64,000 nucleotides of DNA from an uncultured Acidobacteriota bacterium. GTDB taxonomy: Bacteria; Acidobacteriota; UBA6911. The notes below the pieces were generated by a model. The model saw nothing but the letters and a program-made list of their open reading frames with translations. It ran no database searches and was not told where the DNA came from. Where the stretch lies: positions 64,001-128,000 of the forward strand of contig CAWJKZ010000025.1 of assembly GCA_963843575.1 (NCBI GenBank), read 5' to 3'. The position numbers were made by a program, and so were the translations under genes. This document shows, in pieces, positions 40,936 to 54,047 of this stretch (position 1 is its first letter; the number at the start of each line of letters is the position of its first letter).

Positions 40936-43900
40936 ATGCGAAAGTGCCGCCGCCTGATCGTCCTTGCGCTGCTGCTTTTCCCTCCGACGGCCTTTGGCCA
41001 GTCCAACCTCGCCTCCGGCGAGCTCAAGGGAACGGTATCCGACCCGTCCGGTGCGGTGGTGCCGAGCGTGAGTGTCACGGTCACCCACACCAGCACGAAC
41101 CTGCACCGTGTCGTCATCACCGACGAGCGCGGGGAGTACCGGGTTCTGTCCCTGCAACCCGGCACCTACGACGTGAAAGCCGAGCTCACGGGCTTTGTCA
41201 CCCAGCAGCGCAGCGGGGTGCAGGTGACGGTGGGACAGACGGCGGCCGCGGACTTCCAGCTGCAGGTCGGGTCTTCCGTCGAGACGATCACGGTGACGGA
41301 CGAAGCTCCCGTGATCGAAACCGAGCGGGCCCAGCAATCCGAAACAATCAACGAGAACTACATCCGGCACCTCCCGATCGACCGGCGGGATTACCTGAGC
41401 TTCACCCTCCTCGCCCCCGGCGTGGTCGATTCCAACGCCATGGCCGACAACACCGATTTCCGGGCCGCGCAGACTCCGCAGAGCGGGCTGTCCTTCTATG
41501 GGAGCAACGGCCGCGGCAACAACGTGACCGTCGACGGGGCCGAGGCCAACGACTCCGCGGGCGGTGTGCGCGAGACCCTCAGCCAGGAAGCGGTCCAGGA
41601 GTTCCAGATCAACCGCAGCAACTATTCGGCCGAACTCGGCGGCGCGAGCGGCGGCGTCATCAACATCGTGTCAAAATCGGGTGGGAACGCGACGCACGGT
41701 AGCGTGTTCGGATTCTTCCGCGACCAGCACCTGGACTCGGCCGACCCATTCGCCTACTCGCTGGTCGCCGACCAGCCCCAGCGCGTCAAGCCGCCGGCCA
41801 ACCGACAGCAATTCGGCGGCAGGATCAGCACGCCGCTGATCAAGGACCGGACTTTCCTGTTCGGGACCTACGAAGGCCTGAGGCGGAACGAGTCTTCGAC
41901 CGTATCGGTCCTGACGGACCTCTCGATCTTTAAGCCGACGCCCCAGCAGAACGCGGTGTTGTCCGCCCTGGCGGCCAACACCAATCCCGCCCCCATCCCG
42001 TGCCTGCCTTCCGTCGCGGGAGCAGCCGCTCTCCCGGCAGCCGTGTGCGCCAACGTGCTGCGAGGCGCGCTGACCAGCAAGGCCAGTACGGTCGACCTGT
42101 TCAAATCCAACAGCGGCGTCTTTCCCTTCACCACCGACTCGAACGCCTTCTCGGTGCGCCTCGATCACCGGGCGACGGACAACAACCAGTTCTTCCTGCG
42201 CTACAATTTCACAAAAAAGAGCGACGGCAACCAGAGTACCCGGGCGCTGCTGGGGTTTTCGCGTTCGAACGACGTGCGCATCCTCGACAGCAACGCCGTG
42301 CTCGGTTGGACGGGGATAGCCAGCGCCGCCCTGGTCAACGAAGCTCGCTTCCAATGGAATTACCGCAATTTCGACGTGATCCCGAACGACCCTAACGGAC
42401 CGGAGTTCAACATCACGGGGTTCGGCTTCTTCAATCGCGACATCTTCTTGCCCAACTATTCCATCGAACGCCGCTACGAGGCCTCCGACAGCCTTTCCTA
42501 CCTGAAAGGAGGCCACCGATTGAAGTTCGGCGGCTCCGTCCTGACCCGCGCCACCCCGACTTACTCCCACACTTTTCTCGGCGGGCGTTTCGGGTTCGGC
42601 ACCCTGCCGGGTGCGCTCGTCAGCCCCACCCTGGGTGCCCTGCCGATCACCGCGCTGCAGGCCTTCGATCTGGGACTGCCCCAGTCGTACCAGCAGGGGT
42701 TCGGCGACCCGGGCGTCACCGCCACCCTGACCTACGTTTCCGTATACGCGCAGGACACCTGGAACGTGCGGCGCAACCTGACCTTCAACCTCGGGATCCG
42801 GTACGAGGTCGACGACCGGCGCGATCCCATTCCGACGGACAGGAACAACTTCGCACCGCGCGTCGGCTTCGCGTGGGATCCTGCGGGCAACAAGAGAACC
42901 GTCCTGCGCGGCGGCTTCGGCATTTTCTACTCGCCCGTCTATTTCCAGATCGATCACGTCGTCAACTCGCTGGGCGAAGTCAACGGCTACCGCCAGATCG
43001 CCCAGGTGCTCACTACCCTGAACGCTGCCAACCCGCTCGCGGCATCGGGCCCGATCAACGTCTTCCGGACACTGCGCGCGCAGGGGATCGTCGGGGTGCC
43101 CAAGTCGCAGCGGCCGATAGCGGCGACGGACCTGGCACAGTTCGGGATCCAGGTGTCCAACACGGGGCCCCGGCCCCCCCTGACGGTACTCTTCAAGATA
43201 GACCCCAACTACCGGAGCGCCTATTCGGAACAGGCGAGCCTGGGAATCGAGCACGAGGTCACCAAGGGGCTGAGCGCCGCGATCAACTACACCTTCGTCC
43301 GGACACTCAAGATCACCCGGGCCCGCGACACCAACATCCTGACGCGGCCCAAGGGAGCGCTCGGGATTCCGCTATGGACCGCCGCCTCTGGCTGCGCCGG
43401 AGCCGGGCTTTACTCTTGCTTCCGCGACCCGCTTCTCTTCCAGGAGAACATGTACGAATCGTCGGCGAGCGCCTTCTATCACGGTATGATCGTGGAGCTG
43501 ACGCGCCGCTTCGGGGCCAATTTCAGCATCGCGGGGAATTACACGTTCAGCAAGGCCATGGACGAGGTCACCGACTTCAACACGGATTTTCAGGCGAACG
43601 ATCAGACACAGCTGCGGCTCGAACGCGCCCTCTCCGCTTTCGACCAGCGTCACAAGTTCGTGCTATACGCCTACCTACAGTCCCCGTCGGCTTCGGCTTC
43701 CCGCTCCCTGCTCGTCAAGGCGGTCTCGGATTTTGCGCTCACCCCTATCTTCCGCACCAACAGCTCCCGGCCTTTCAATCTCCTGGTGGGTGGGGAGTTG
43801 AACGGAGACCGGCATTCGACGACTGACCGCCCGGTGATGGCCGGGCGCAACACGGGGATCGGCCCGGGGTTCTGGACGTTCGACCTGCGCCTGTCGCGGC

Positions 43901-44124
43901 AGTTCCGGCTGGGTGAGGAAAACCGGGTGCTCGAGCTGACGGCCGAGGGATTCAACCTGCTGAATCACCTGAATTTCTCAAGCGTCAACAACACCGTCGG
44001 CCCCGCTTTCCAGGGCCCGTTTCGCGTCGAAGCCGATCCCGTGCTCGGCGCAAGCTCGCCGCTGGGATTCACTTCGGCGTTCGACGCCCGGAGGTTTCAG
44101 CTCGGGGTCCGGTTCAGTTTCTAG
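40936..44124 (+). CDS. TonB-dependent receptor, Oar/Acidobacteria type with carboxypeptidase-regulatory-like N-domain
   Basis: Signal peptide, GTVSDPSGAVVP, VQEFQI..SNYSAELG, YAQDTW, FAPRVGFAWD, terminal QLGVRFSF. Confidence 0.9.
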   Translation: MRKCRRLIVLALLLFPPTAFGQSNLASGELKGTVSDPSGAVVPSVSVTVTHTSTNLHRVVITDERGEYRVLSLQPGTYDVKAELTGFVTQQRSGVQVTVGQTAAADFQLQVGSSVETITVTDEAPVIETERAQQSETINENYIRHLPIDRRDYLSFTLLAPGVVDSNAMADNTDFRAAQTPQSGLSFYGSNGRGNNVTVDGAEANDSAGGVRETLSQEAVQEFQINRSNYSAELGGASGGVINIVSKSGGNATHGSVFGFFRDQHLDSADPFAYSLVADQPQRVKPPANRQQFGGRISTPLIKDRTFLFGTYEGLRRNESSTVSVLTDLSIFKPTPQQNAVLSALAANTNPAPIPCLPSVAGAAALPAAVCANVLRGALTSKASTVDLFKSNSGVFPFTTDSNAFSVRLDHRATDNNQFFLRYNFTKKSDGNQSTRALLGFSRSNDVRILDSNAVLGWTGIASAALVNEARFQWNYRNFDVIPNDPNGPEFNITGFGFFNRDIFLPNYSIERRYEASDSLSYLKGGHRLKFGGSVLTRATPTYSHTFLGGRFGFGTLPGALVSPTLGALPITALQAFDLGLPQSYQQGFGDPGVTATLTYVSVYAQDTWNVRRNLTFNLGIRYEVDDRRDPIPTDRNNFAPRVGFAWDPAGNKRTVLRGGFGIFYSPVYFQIDHVVNSLGEVNGYRQIAQVLTTLNAANPLAASGPINVFRTLRAQGIVGVPKSQRPIAATDLAQFGIQVSNTGPRPPLTVLFKIDPNYRSAYSEQASLGIEHEVTKGLSAAINYTFVRTLKITRARDTNILTRPKGALGIPLWTAASGCAGAGLYSCFRDPLLFQENMYESSASAFYHGMIVELTRRFGANFSIAGNYTFSKAMDEVTDFNTDFQANDQTQLRLERALSAFDQRHKFVLYAYLQSPSASASRSLLVKAVSDFALTPIFRTNSSRPFNLLVGGELNGDRHSTTDRPVMAGRNTGIGPGFWTFDLRLSRQFRLGEENRVLELTAEGFNLLNHLNFSSVNNTVGPAFQGPFRVEADPVLGASSPLGFTSAFDARRFQLGVRFSF

Positions 44125-44136
44125 CAGACGCCAGCC

Positions 44137-44763
44137 TCAGACTTGGCTGATCTTCTCGGCCGCCTCGCGCTCCAGGCGCTGTGTTGTCGGGCTGTCCAGG
44201 CCCAGGGCCAGCGCCAACTGGGCAAGATAGATCCGCTCGGCCCCCGAGACGCCGTGGTCTGCGCGCGCGACCGCGAAGGCCAAGGTGTACAAGTCCTGCT
44301 TCTTTTCGGCGCCGTCGACGCCCGCGACGATTTCCGCCAGGGGGATCGTCCGGGTCAGTTCCGTACGGACGATCCGGTCAGCCCCCGCCTCGCGCGCGTG
44401 GGCCAGGATCAACTCCTTCTCCGCCTCGGAAAAGTCCCCATCGGCCCTGGCAGCCGAGATCGCGAGCCGAAGCACCCGGAGCAGGTCCGCGGGGATTGCC
44501 GGGACGGCGGGATCGGTGGGCGGTGCGGCCCCTGGCAGCGGAGGAAGCGGCGGTGGGGGGACGGCGCTGGCGCCCGGCACGGTTGTCCTGGGGCCGGCAG
44601 ACTCCAGCAGGCCCCAAGCGAGCCCGGCCACGGTCAGGAGGCTGCTGGCGGTCAGGAACGATCCGCGCCCTCCGGTGAGAAAGCGCAGGGTACGATCACC
44701 CCGCTTCCTCCTGCTCGAAAACGCACCCTGGACCAGGGATCCGATAAGCCGTTCAGCATCCAC
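44137..44763 (-). CDS. DUF533/YebE (TerB-like) protein
   Basis: ISAARADG, ERIYLAQLALALGL; GTG start inferred. Confidence 0.7.
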   Translation of the reverse strand: MDAERLIGSLVQGAFSSRRKRGDRTLRFLTGGRGSFLTASSLLTVAGLAWGLLESAGPRTTVPGASAVPPPPLPPLPGAAPPTDPAVPAIPADLLRVLRLAISAARADGDFSEAEKELILAHAREAGADRIVRTELTRTIPLAEIVAGVDGAEKKQDLYTLAFAVARADHGVSGAERIYLAQLALALGLDSPTTQRLEREAAEKISQV

Positions 44764-44863
44764 CTCAACCCCCTTGAGTGAGCGCGTCCATTGCCGCGCG
44801 ATTGGCGAAAATGAAACTTTACCTGCCCGGTGGAATCTTGTATAGCATGGGAGGAAAACAGCC

Positions 44864-45328
44864 ATGATGAGAAGAGCCGTCATGTTGGGGGCTGGATTGC
44901 TCGTGGTCCTGGGCGCGGCGACGCCACCGGTCCGGGCGCAGTACGGTGATCGCAGTGCGCGGGACCAGACCTTGATCATCGCGGGGGGAACCGCGGCAGG
45001 AGCGGTCTTCGGCGGCATGGTCGGGGGAAGCAAGGGAGCCCTGGCCGGGGCCATCGCCGGCGGAGCCGGCGGGGCGATTTATAACGAGGCAACCAAAGAA
45101 GATCCGGAATACGGGGCCGAACGGTCCACCCGGGACAAGCTCACGATCATCGGAGGAGGTGCGGGTGCGGGTGCCGTGGCCGGCGGCATCGCCGGCGGAA
45201 AGAAGGGTGCACTGATCGGCGCCGCAATCGGCGGGGCCGGCGGATACATCCTGCATAAGAAGACGGAAAACCGCGACCCATACTACCGCGACCGCTACTA
45301 CCGTGATCGTTACTACTATCGCCGGTAA
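44864..45328 (+). CDS. Secreted glycine-zipper protein with Arg/Asp/Tyr tail
   Basis: SD GGAGG; signal peptide; two GxxxG zipper units; RDPYYRDRYYRDRYYYRR tail. Confidence 0.8.
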   Translation: MMRRAVMLGAGLLVVLGAATPPVRAQYGDRSARDQTLIIAGGTAAGAVFGGMVGGSKGALAGAIAGGAGGAIYNEATKEDPEYGAERSTRDKLTIIGGGAGAGAVAGGIAGGKKGALIGAAIGGAGGYILHKKTENRDPYYRDRYYRDRYYYRR

Positions 45329-45333
45329 GGAGT

Positions 45334-45510
45334 TCAACAACAGCGGTTGGGGCGACGGTACTTCTGTTCCAGGCGGGCGACGTAGAACTCTCCCGCCGTC
45401 ATCGGTCTCACTTCCGGGTGACGCGCCTTCAGGTGCTCACAGTAGCGCTCGTAGGCGTCGTCACCCATCACCGCCGCGAAAGTCGTCCACATCCGGATCA
45501 GCAATTTCAT
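45334..45510 (-). CDS. YbdD/YjiX (DUF466) small protein, 58 aa
   Basis: Read manually: MGDDAYERYCEHLKARHP...EFY...RPNRCC, directly after cstA. Confidence 0.85.
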   Translation of the reverse strand: MKLLIRMWTTFAAVMGDDAYERYCEHLKARHPEVRPMTAGEFYVARLEQKYRRPNRCC

Positions 45511-45522
45511 CGCCCTACCCGG

Positions 45523-47586
45523 CTATTCAGTCAACGCCGAAAGCACGTACTCCGCTTCGCGCAGCTCAGGAACCTTGCGCTTCCTGAGCATCGCCAACCA
45601 CTCCCGCGCCGAGTCGAACACGATCACCAGCACGAGAAACGCGAACATCGCAGTAACACCGGCATCCAGCTGGTTGTTGAAAACAAGGCGGCGGGTCGCC
45701 GCGGCCGCGTCCACTGGCACCTGCCCGGCGTCGAGGGATTCCTGGAGACGCTCCGCTTCGGCCAGGAAGCCGATGCGGGGGTTCGAATCGAACATTTTCT
45801 GGTATGCGGCCGTCTGAGTGGCCAGCACGAGCCACAGCATCGGCAGCAACGTGATCCAGGCGAAGCGGGCCTTTCGCATCTTTATCACGATCGTCGTGGC
45901 CACGCACAGTGCGACGCACGCCAGCAACTGGTTTGCGATGCCGAAGAGGGGCCACAGGCTGTTGATGCCGCCCAAGGGATCCATGACCCCCTGGTAGAGG
46001 AAGTAACCCCACCCGCCCACGATCAGCAGGCTGGTGAATATCACCCCCGGATACCAGCCGGTGCGCCCCAGCGGTCTCCAGAAATGCCCGAGCAGGTCCT
46101 GGAGCATGAACCTGCCGACGCGGCTGCCTGCATCCAGCACCGTCAGGATGAACAGGGCTTCGAACATAATGGCGAAGTGATACCAGATCGCCATCAGACG
46201 GTATCCCCCCAGCGTGCCGGAGAAAATGTGGGCGATCCCGACGGCGAGGGACGGCGCACCGCCGGTCCGGGAGAACATTGTCTGTTCGCCGACCATGTCG
46301 GCCAGGGACTGCATGTCCTGGGGCCCGACCGGGTACCCCCACGACGAGATGGTCGCGGTTGCGGCCGCGGGATCGGCGCCGACGATGCCGGCCGGGCTGT
46401 TGACGGCAAAATAGATCCCGGGCTGCAGCACGCACGCCGCGATCATGGCCATGATCCCGACGAACGACTCCATCAGCATCGAGCCGTAGCCGATCATGCG
46501 GGCCTGCGATTCCTTTGTGATCAGCTTGGGAGTAGTCCCGGACGAGATCAGCGCGTGGAAGCCGGAGATCGCGCCGCACGCGATCGTGATGAAGGCGAAG
46601 GGGAAAATGTTGCCCGCGAAAACGGGGCCGGTGCCGTCGATGAACCGCGTCAGCGCAGGCATCTGCAGGTTCGGGCGAACGGCGAGGATGCCGAGGGCAA
46701 GGAGCAGGATCGTCCCGAGTTTCACGAACGTGCTGAGGTAGTCGCGCGGGGCCAACAGCAACCAGACGGGGAGCACCGACGCGGCGAAGCCGTAGACGAT
46801 GATCATCCACGCGAGCGTGCGGGCGTCATACGTGAACAGCCGCGCCAGCACGGGGTTTTGGGCGACGTACTGTCCGGCGACCACGGACGAGATCACGAGC
46901 ACGAAACCGAGCAGCGAGGCCTCCATGACGCGTCCCGGGCGGAGGAAGCGCAGGTAAATGCCCATCAGGATGGCGATCGGGATCGTCATCGCCAGCGTAA
47001 ACGTCCCCCAGGGGCTCGCCTTGAGCGCGTTGGTCACCACCAGCGCGATGACGGCAAGCAGGATCACGAGTATGGAGATGATGGCGAACAAGGCCGTGAA
47101 CCCGGCGACCGGACCGACCTCTTCCTTGGCGATCTGCCCGAGAGACTTCCCGTTGCGACGGATGGAGGCGAACAGGATTACGAAATCCTGTACGCACCCC
47201 CCGAGGACCGCGCCGATGACGATCCAGAGCGTGCCCGGCAAATAGCCGAACTGCGCGGCCAGGGTCGGTCCCACCAACGGACCCGGGCCCGCTATGGCGG
47301 CGAAGTGGTGTCCCAGGACAACCCACTTGTTGGTCGGCACGAAGTCTCGACCGTCTTCCAGCCGTTCGGCGGGGGTGGCGCGGCGATCGTCGAGCTGCAT
47401 GACCCGCAGGGCGATAAACCGGCTGTAGAAACGGTAGCCTATGGCATAGACGCAGATCGCCGCGACGATGAGCCACATCGCGTTGACGGGCTCGTGCCGG
47501 TGAAACGCGATCGCCCCGAGCGCTCCAGCGCCGAGAAAGCTGACCAGGGCCCAGAACACGACTCGGACGAATCGGCCAAATTTCAT
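45523..47586 (-). CDS. cstA: Carbon starvation protein A (peptide/pyruvate transporter)
   Basis: [52 protein letters not shown]. Confidence 0.95.
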   Translation of the reverse strand: MKFGRFVRVVFWALVSFLGAGALGAIAFHRHEPVNAMWLIVAAICVYAIGYRFYSRFIALRVMQLDDRRATPAERLEDGRDFVPTNKWVVLGHHFAAIAGPGPLVGPTLAAQFGYLPGTLWIVIGAVLGGCVQDFVILFASIRRNGKSLGQIAKEEVGPVAGFTALFAIISILVILLAVIALVVTNALKASPWGTFTLAMTIPIAILMGIYLRFLRPGRVMEASLLGFVLVISSVVAGQYVAQNPVLARLFTYDARTLAWMIIVYGFAASVLPVWLLLAPRDYLSTFVKLGTILLLALGILAVRPNLQMPALTRFIDGTGPVFAGNIFPFAFITIACGAISGFHALISSGTTPKLITKESQARMIGYGSMLMESFVGIMAMIAACVLQPGIYFAVNSPAGIVGADPAAATATISSWGYPVGPQDMQSLADMVGEQTMFSRTGGAPSLAVGIAHIFSGTLGGYRLMAIWYHFAIMFEALFILTVLDAGSRVGRFMLQDLLGHFWRPLGRTGWYPGVIFTSLLIVGGWGYFLYQGVMDPLGGINSLWPLFGIANQLLACVALCVATTIVIKMRKARFAWITLLPMLWLVLATQTAAYQKMFDSNPRIGFLAEAERLQESLDAGQVPVDAAAATRRLVFNNQLDAGVTAMFAFLVLVIVFDSAREWLAMLRKRKVPELREAEYVLSALTE

Positions 47587-47605
47587 TGTGCTTGGCTCCA
47601 CCGCT

Positions 47606-47848
47606 AGGGCTCGCGCAAGAATAATTTCACATTTTGCCGACGGCTCCCGAGCCAACAGATCCTACAGCAAGCAACGAGTCGGAGATTGCTATTAACGGAG
47701 CCGTCAGCCTTCCGGGGCGCGGCGGCGGGAGGGCATCTGCGGCGTTGCCGCTCCTCGACGATGTCCCCACATCGCCTGCGTCGCGGCGCCTTGCATCTGC
47801 CCGCCCGGCGCTCGCGCCAAAATGTGAAATTATGCTTGCGCGAACCCT
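47606..47848 (+). mobile_element. Repeat family C MITE with 31-bp TIRs
   Basis: AGGGCTCGCGCAAGAATAATTTCACATTTTG / CAAAATGTGAAATTATGCTTGCGCGAACCCT (2 mismatches); no transposase; located 20 nt upstream of the cstA start. Confidence 0.8.
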
Positions 47849-48132
47849 TAAAGGAACGAGCTTAGCGGCTTCCACCCGGGAATGCAATCCAGGCCAGGTG
47901 CCAAGCGGGCCGCGTCGGCCCGACGCGGCCCCAGGGTTTCGCTCCCCACCATCCAACTTGGCGTCGGGGGCGAGCCGCCGCCCCCCACTCTGCCCGGTTT
48001 TTGTTTGGCGCTCCGCGGCAGGAGTGTTATCTTGAGGCTCAGTGAGGTCGCGCCTGCCCGGAGCGGCTTCTGCTGTCATGATTTCGGCCGAATCGCTTCC
48101 TCAGAAGACCCATCAAACAGAAAGAAAGAACG

Positions 48133-48801
48133 ATGAGCAAGATACTCACGCTTTACAGTTCTTCTGTCGGACAGAAGTTCATCGTCGGGTTGACGGGCCT
48201 TTTTCTGTGCTCGTTCCTGATAGTCCACCTGTCGGGGAACATGCTGTTGTTCAGGAATGACGGCGGTCTGGCCTTCGAGCACTATTCCGAGTTCATGTCC
48301 ACCAACGTCGGTATCCGGACGATGGAGATCGTGCTCGCCGCGGGTTTTCTGATCCACATCATCGTGGCGGTGCTGGTGTGGGTCGAGAATCGCATGGCCC
48401 GGCCGGTTCGCTACGTGGTGAACAGGCCTTCGGAAAACAGCGCCCTCCCGTCGCGCATCATGTTTATATCCGGCAGCGTTCTCTTTATCTTCCTCGTCGT
48501 GCACCTCAGGACTTTCTTCGTGCCGGCCCGGTTCGCGAGCGGGGTGAAGCCGTCGATGTACGAGCTGGTGCAGGCGGCGTTCAGGAACCCGTACTACGAC
48601 GCCTTTTACGTCGTGGCCCTCGTCCTGCTGGGCTATCACCTCAAGCAGGGGTTCCAGTCGGCCTTTCAGACGTTCGGGATCCGCCCCCGCTGGCGGTGGG
48701 CCATCGACATGGTTGCGGTTTTCTTCTGGCTGATCGTCCCGGCCGTCTACGCGGCGATGCCGCTGTATTTCCTCTGGCAGGCTCACAAGGGGGTCTTCTG
48801 A
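48133..48801 (+). CDS. sdhC: Succinate dehydrogenase/fumarate reductase cytochrome b subunit
   Basis: SSVGQK..GLTG, four heme-ligand His (HLSGN, IHI, VHL, YHL). Confidence 0.9.
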   Translation: MSKILTLYSSSVGQKFIVGLTGLFLCSFLIVHLSGNMLLFRNDGGLAFEHYSEFMSTNVGIRTMEIVLAAGFLIHIIVAVLVWVENRMARPVRYVVNRPSENSALPSRIMFISGSVLFIFLVVHLRTFFVPARFASGVKPSMYELVQAAFRNPYYDAFYVVALVLLGYHLKQGFQSAFQTFGIRPRWRWAIDMVAVFFWLIVPAVYAAMPLYFLWQAHKGVF

Positions 48802-48803
48802 CT

Positions 48804-50721
48804 ATGGCTCTGATGAACGCAAAAATCCCGGATGGACGGATAGAGCACAAGTGGGACAATCACCGTTTCAACCTGAAGCTGGTCAACCCCTCCAACAAGC
48901 GCAAGTACCACATCGTGGTGGTCGGTACGGGCCTGGCGGGAGGGTCCGCCGCCGCGTCGCTGGCGGAACTCGGCTATCGCGTGACCTCGCTCTGCTATCA
49001 CGAGTCTGCGCGGCGAGCGCACAGCATCGCCGCGCAGGGGGGCATCAACGCTCCCAAGAACTACTCCAACGACGGGGACAGCATCTAACGCCTGTTCTAC
49101 GACACGGTCAAGGGGGGCGACTACCGGGCGCGCGAGGCGAACGTCTACCGGCTGGCGCAGGTCAGCGGCAACATCATCGACCAGTGCGTCGCCCAGGGCG
49201 TGCCGTTCGCCCGTGACTACGCGGGCTTGCTCGACAACCGCTCCTTCGGGGGCGCGCAGGTCTCGCGCACCTTCTACGCACGCGGGCAAACGGGGCAGCA
49301 GCTCCTGCTCGGAGCCTACCAGGCCCTGTGCCGGCAGATCGGCGAGGGGAACGTAACCTATCACGGCAGGACGGAGATGCTCGACCTCGTCGTCGTCGAC
49401 GGTCAGGCCCGCGGCATCGTGGTGCGCGACCTCCGCAACGGCAGGGTCTCCTCGATTGCGGCGGACGCGGTGATCCTGGCCACCGGCGGCTACGCCAACG
49501 TCTTCTTCCTCTCGACCAACGCGAAGATGTCCAACGCGACGGCCATCTGGCGGGCCCACAAGCGCGGGGCGCTGTTCGCCAACCCGTGCTTCACCCAGAT
49601 TCACCCCACCTGCATCCCGGTGTCGAGCGAACATCAGTCCAAGCTGACGCTGATGAGCGAGAGCCTGCGCAACGACGGCCGCATCTGGGTGCCCAAGAAC
49701 AAGGGGGACAAGCGCCGGCCCACGGACATCCCCGAGGCCGAGCGGGACTACTACCTGGAGCGGCTTTACCCCTCGTTCGGCAACCTGGTGCCCCGCGACG
49801 TCGCCTCCCGCCGCGCGAAGGAGGTCTGCGATCACGGCTACGGCGTCGGCGAAACGGGCCTCGCCGTCTACCTCGACTTCTCCGACACGATCAAACGCCA
49901 CGGCAAGGTGTGGGTCGACGAAAAGTACGGCAACCTCTTCGACATGTACCAGCAGATCACGGGGGAGAACGCCTACGAGGTCCCGATGCGGATCTACCCG
50001 GCGGTCCACTACACCATGGGCGGGCTCTGGGTCGACTACAACCTGATGAGCACCATCCCGGGGCTGTACGTGCTGGGGGAGGCCAATTTCTCCGATCACG
50101 GGGCCAACCGGCTCGGCGCAAGCGCGCTCATGCAGGGGCTGGCCGACGGCTATTTCATCATCCCGTACACCATCGGCGACTATCTGGCCTCCACGAAGTT
50201 CAAGCCCATCGACACCTCGCACCCTGCCTTCAAGGATGCGGAGCAGGAGGTCGAGAAGCTCACCGCCAGGCTGCTTTCGGTGAAGGGGACGCGCGCCGTG
50301 GACGACATCCACAAGGAACTCGGCACGATCATGTGGGAAGACTGCGGGATGCAGCGCAGCGCCCGGGGCCTCAACAACGCGCTCGAGCAGATCCCCCGGC
50401 TGCGCGAACGCTTCTGGCGCGAGGTGAGCGTGCCGGGCAGCGCGGACAACTTCAACCAGGAGGTCGAAAAGGCCCACCGGCTGGCGGACTTCCTGGAGCT
50501 CGGCGAACTGATCGCGCGGGACGCGCTGCACCGCAGACGAATCCTGCGGCGGCCATTTCCGGGAGGAATACCAGACCGAGGAAAACGAGGCCAAGCGGAA
50601 CGACGCCGAGTTCTCCTACGTCGCGGCCTGGGAGTACACCGGGTCGGGCAGCCCGGAGCGGCTGCACAAAGAGCCGCTCACGTTCGAGTATGTGAAACCT
50701 TCCCAGAGAAGCTACAAGTGA
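48804..50721 (+). CDS. sdhA: Succinate dehydrogenase flavoprotein (in-frame TAA at 49086, frameshift near 50536)
   Basis: [44 protein letters not shown]; [10 protein letters not shown] in the shifted frame. Confidence 0.9.
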
Positions 50722-50734
50722 GGAGCCCTGTAAC

Positions 50735-51475
<741 letters not shown>

Positions 51476-51555
51476 TGGATGAGGCGCCTCGGCGCCGCTG
51501 TCCGCTCAGCTGCTGCGCCCGGCACCGCGCCTCGGCGCCATCCCAGCATCACAAG

Positions 51556-51579
51556 GCGGGCGGGTCGAGCCCCGCCCGC
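51556..51579. terminator. Hairpin between convergent sdhB and mdh
   Basis: GCGGGCGGG-TCGAGC-CCCGCCCGC; no clear U tract. Confidence 0.4.
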
Positions 51580-51587
51580 ACTTCACC

Positions 51588-52544
<957 letters not shown>

Positions 52545-53798
52545 TCAGGACTGCATGTTCTCAATCACCGCCGTTGCGAATTCCGAGGTCTTGAGCTTGG
52601 TCGCCCCCGGCATCTGCCGCTCGAAATCGTAGGTGACGCGCTTCTGCGCTATGGTTTTTTCGAAGGCCGAGACGATCGCGCTCCCCGCCTCCTTCCATCC
52701 CATGTACTCGAGCATCATCACGCCGGAGAGGATGACCGAACCCGGGTTGACGACGTCCAGCCCCGCGTACTTCGGCGCGGTGCCGTGCGTGGCCTCGAAC
52801 AGGCCCACTCGGTCGCTGATGTTCGCCCCCGGGGCGATACCGAGCCCCCCGACCTGCGCGGCGCAGGCGTCGGACAGGTAATCGCCGTTCAGGTTGGGTG
52901 TGGCGAGCACCTGGTACTCTCCGGGCCGGAGGAGCACCTGCTGGAACATGGCGTCGGCGATGCGGTCGTTGACCATCACCCTGCCCGCGGGCGTCTTCCC
53001 GCCGTGATTCCTGTAGACCTCGTCTTCGCTGATCGTGACGGTCGCCGAATTCCTCGCGGGCGACCTGATAACCCCAGTCGCGGAATGCGCCTTCCGTGAA
53101 CTTCATGATGTTTCCCTTGTGCACGAGGGTGACGACAGACTTGCCGTGGTCGATGGCGTGCCGGATAGCCTTGCGCACCAGGCGCTTGCTTGCGAATTCC
53201 GAGATGGGCTTGATCCCTATGCCGGAGTCGGCCCGGACTTTTTGGCCCATCGGGCCGTTCAGGAACTCGATAACCTTCGTCGCCTCGGGTGTGCCCTGCG
53301 CCCACTCGATGCCGGCGTACACGTCTTCGGTGTTTTCGCGGAATATGACGACGTCCATCTTCTCGGGATGTCTTTACCGGCGAGGGCACGCCCGTGAAAT
53401 AGCGCACCGGACGCACGCAGGCATACAGGTCGAGAACCTGCCGCAGCGTGACGTTCAGGCTCCGGATGCCGCCGCCCACGGGCGTGGTCAGCGGGCCCTT
53501 GATCGCCACCGAATACTCGTCGATGGCGCGCAACGTCGCCTCGGGCAGCCACTCGCCCGAGTCGTTCTTCGCCTTTTCACCGGCAAGCACTTCCATCCAG
53601 CAGATCCTTCTCCTGCCGCCGTAGGCTGCCTCGACCGCGGCATCGAAACACCCTCCTGCTCGCGCGCCAGATGTCCGGGCCGGTACCGTCTCCTTCGATG
53701 AAGGGGATGACCGGGTTGTCGGGCACGACGAGCTTTCCGTCCTGAAACTGGATCTTCCCGCCTCGCGCCGGAGGCATGCTGGGGGACTCAGAAGACAT
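52545..53798 (-). CDS. icd: NADP-isocitrate dehydrogenase (three frameshifts, ~53647, ~53372, ~53041)
   Basis: [54 protein letters not shown] spread over successive reading frames. Confidence 0.9.
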
Positions 53799-53964
53799 GG
53801 TGCGCCTTTCTTGATCCTTCACTTTGAGTTGGACTGGTGCGTGGACCCGTTCCGGTACCTACGAGCGGTTTGCGTGGATCGGCAAAACGCGCGGAGCTAT
53901 ATAACATCAGACCAAAAGTAGAATCAAGAAGGAGTGCGGGGAGTACAGTGCGGTGGGGCAAAAA

Positions 53965-54047
53965 CCGGAAGCCGGAAGTGGGAAGCCGGAAGCAGGAGGT
54001 CCTCAATCCGGCAGTCCGGCTTCCCACTTCCGGCTTCCGCCTTTCGG
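53965..54047. repeat. Inverted heptamer arrays (CCGGAAG-like)
   Basis: ccggaag ccggaag tgggaag ccggaag ... cttcccacttccggcttccg; a similar tract lies at about 1582-1609. Confidence 0.6.

Noticed and set aside
45271-45315. CRISPR-like repeats here or in the MITE families
   Set aside because: This is a coding tandem repeat without spacers; the other repeats are dispersed, and no cas genes are present.
45334-45336. Selenocysteine read-through at the CC-TGA end of the YbdD/YjiX protein
   Set aside because: The family normally ends in RCC, which is already complete before the TGA, and the convergent gene ends 5 nt later.
49086-49088. Stop-codon recoding or alternative genetic code in sdhA
   Set aside because: It is a single TAA at an expected Tyr position, TAA terminates many other genes here, and the window has many other probable sequence errors.
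52545-53798. Programmed frameshifting or a true icd pseudogene
   Set aside because: Three unrelated single-base insertions with no slippery sites and no amino-acid decay point to assembly error.
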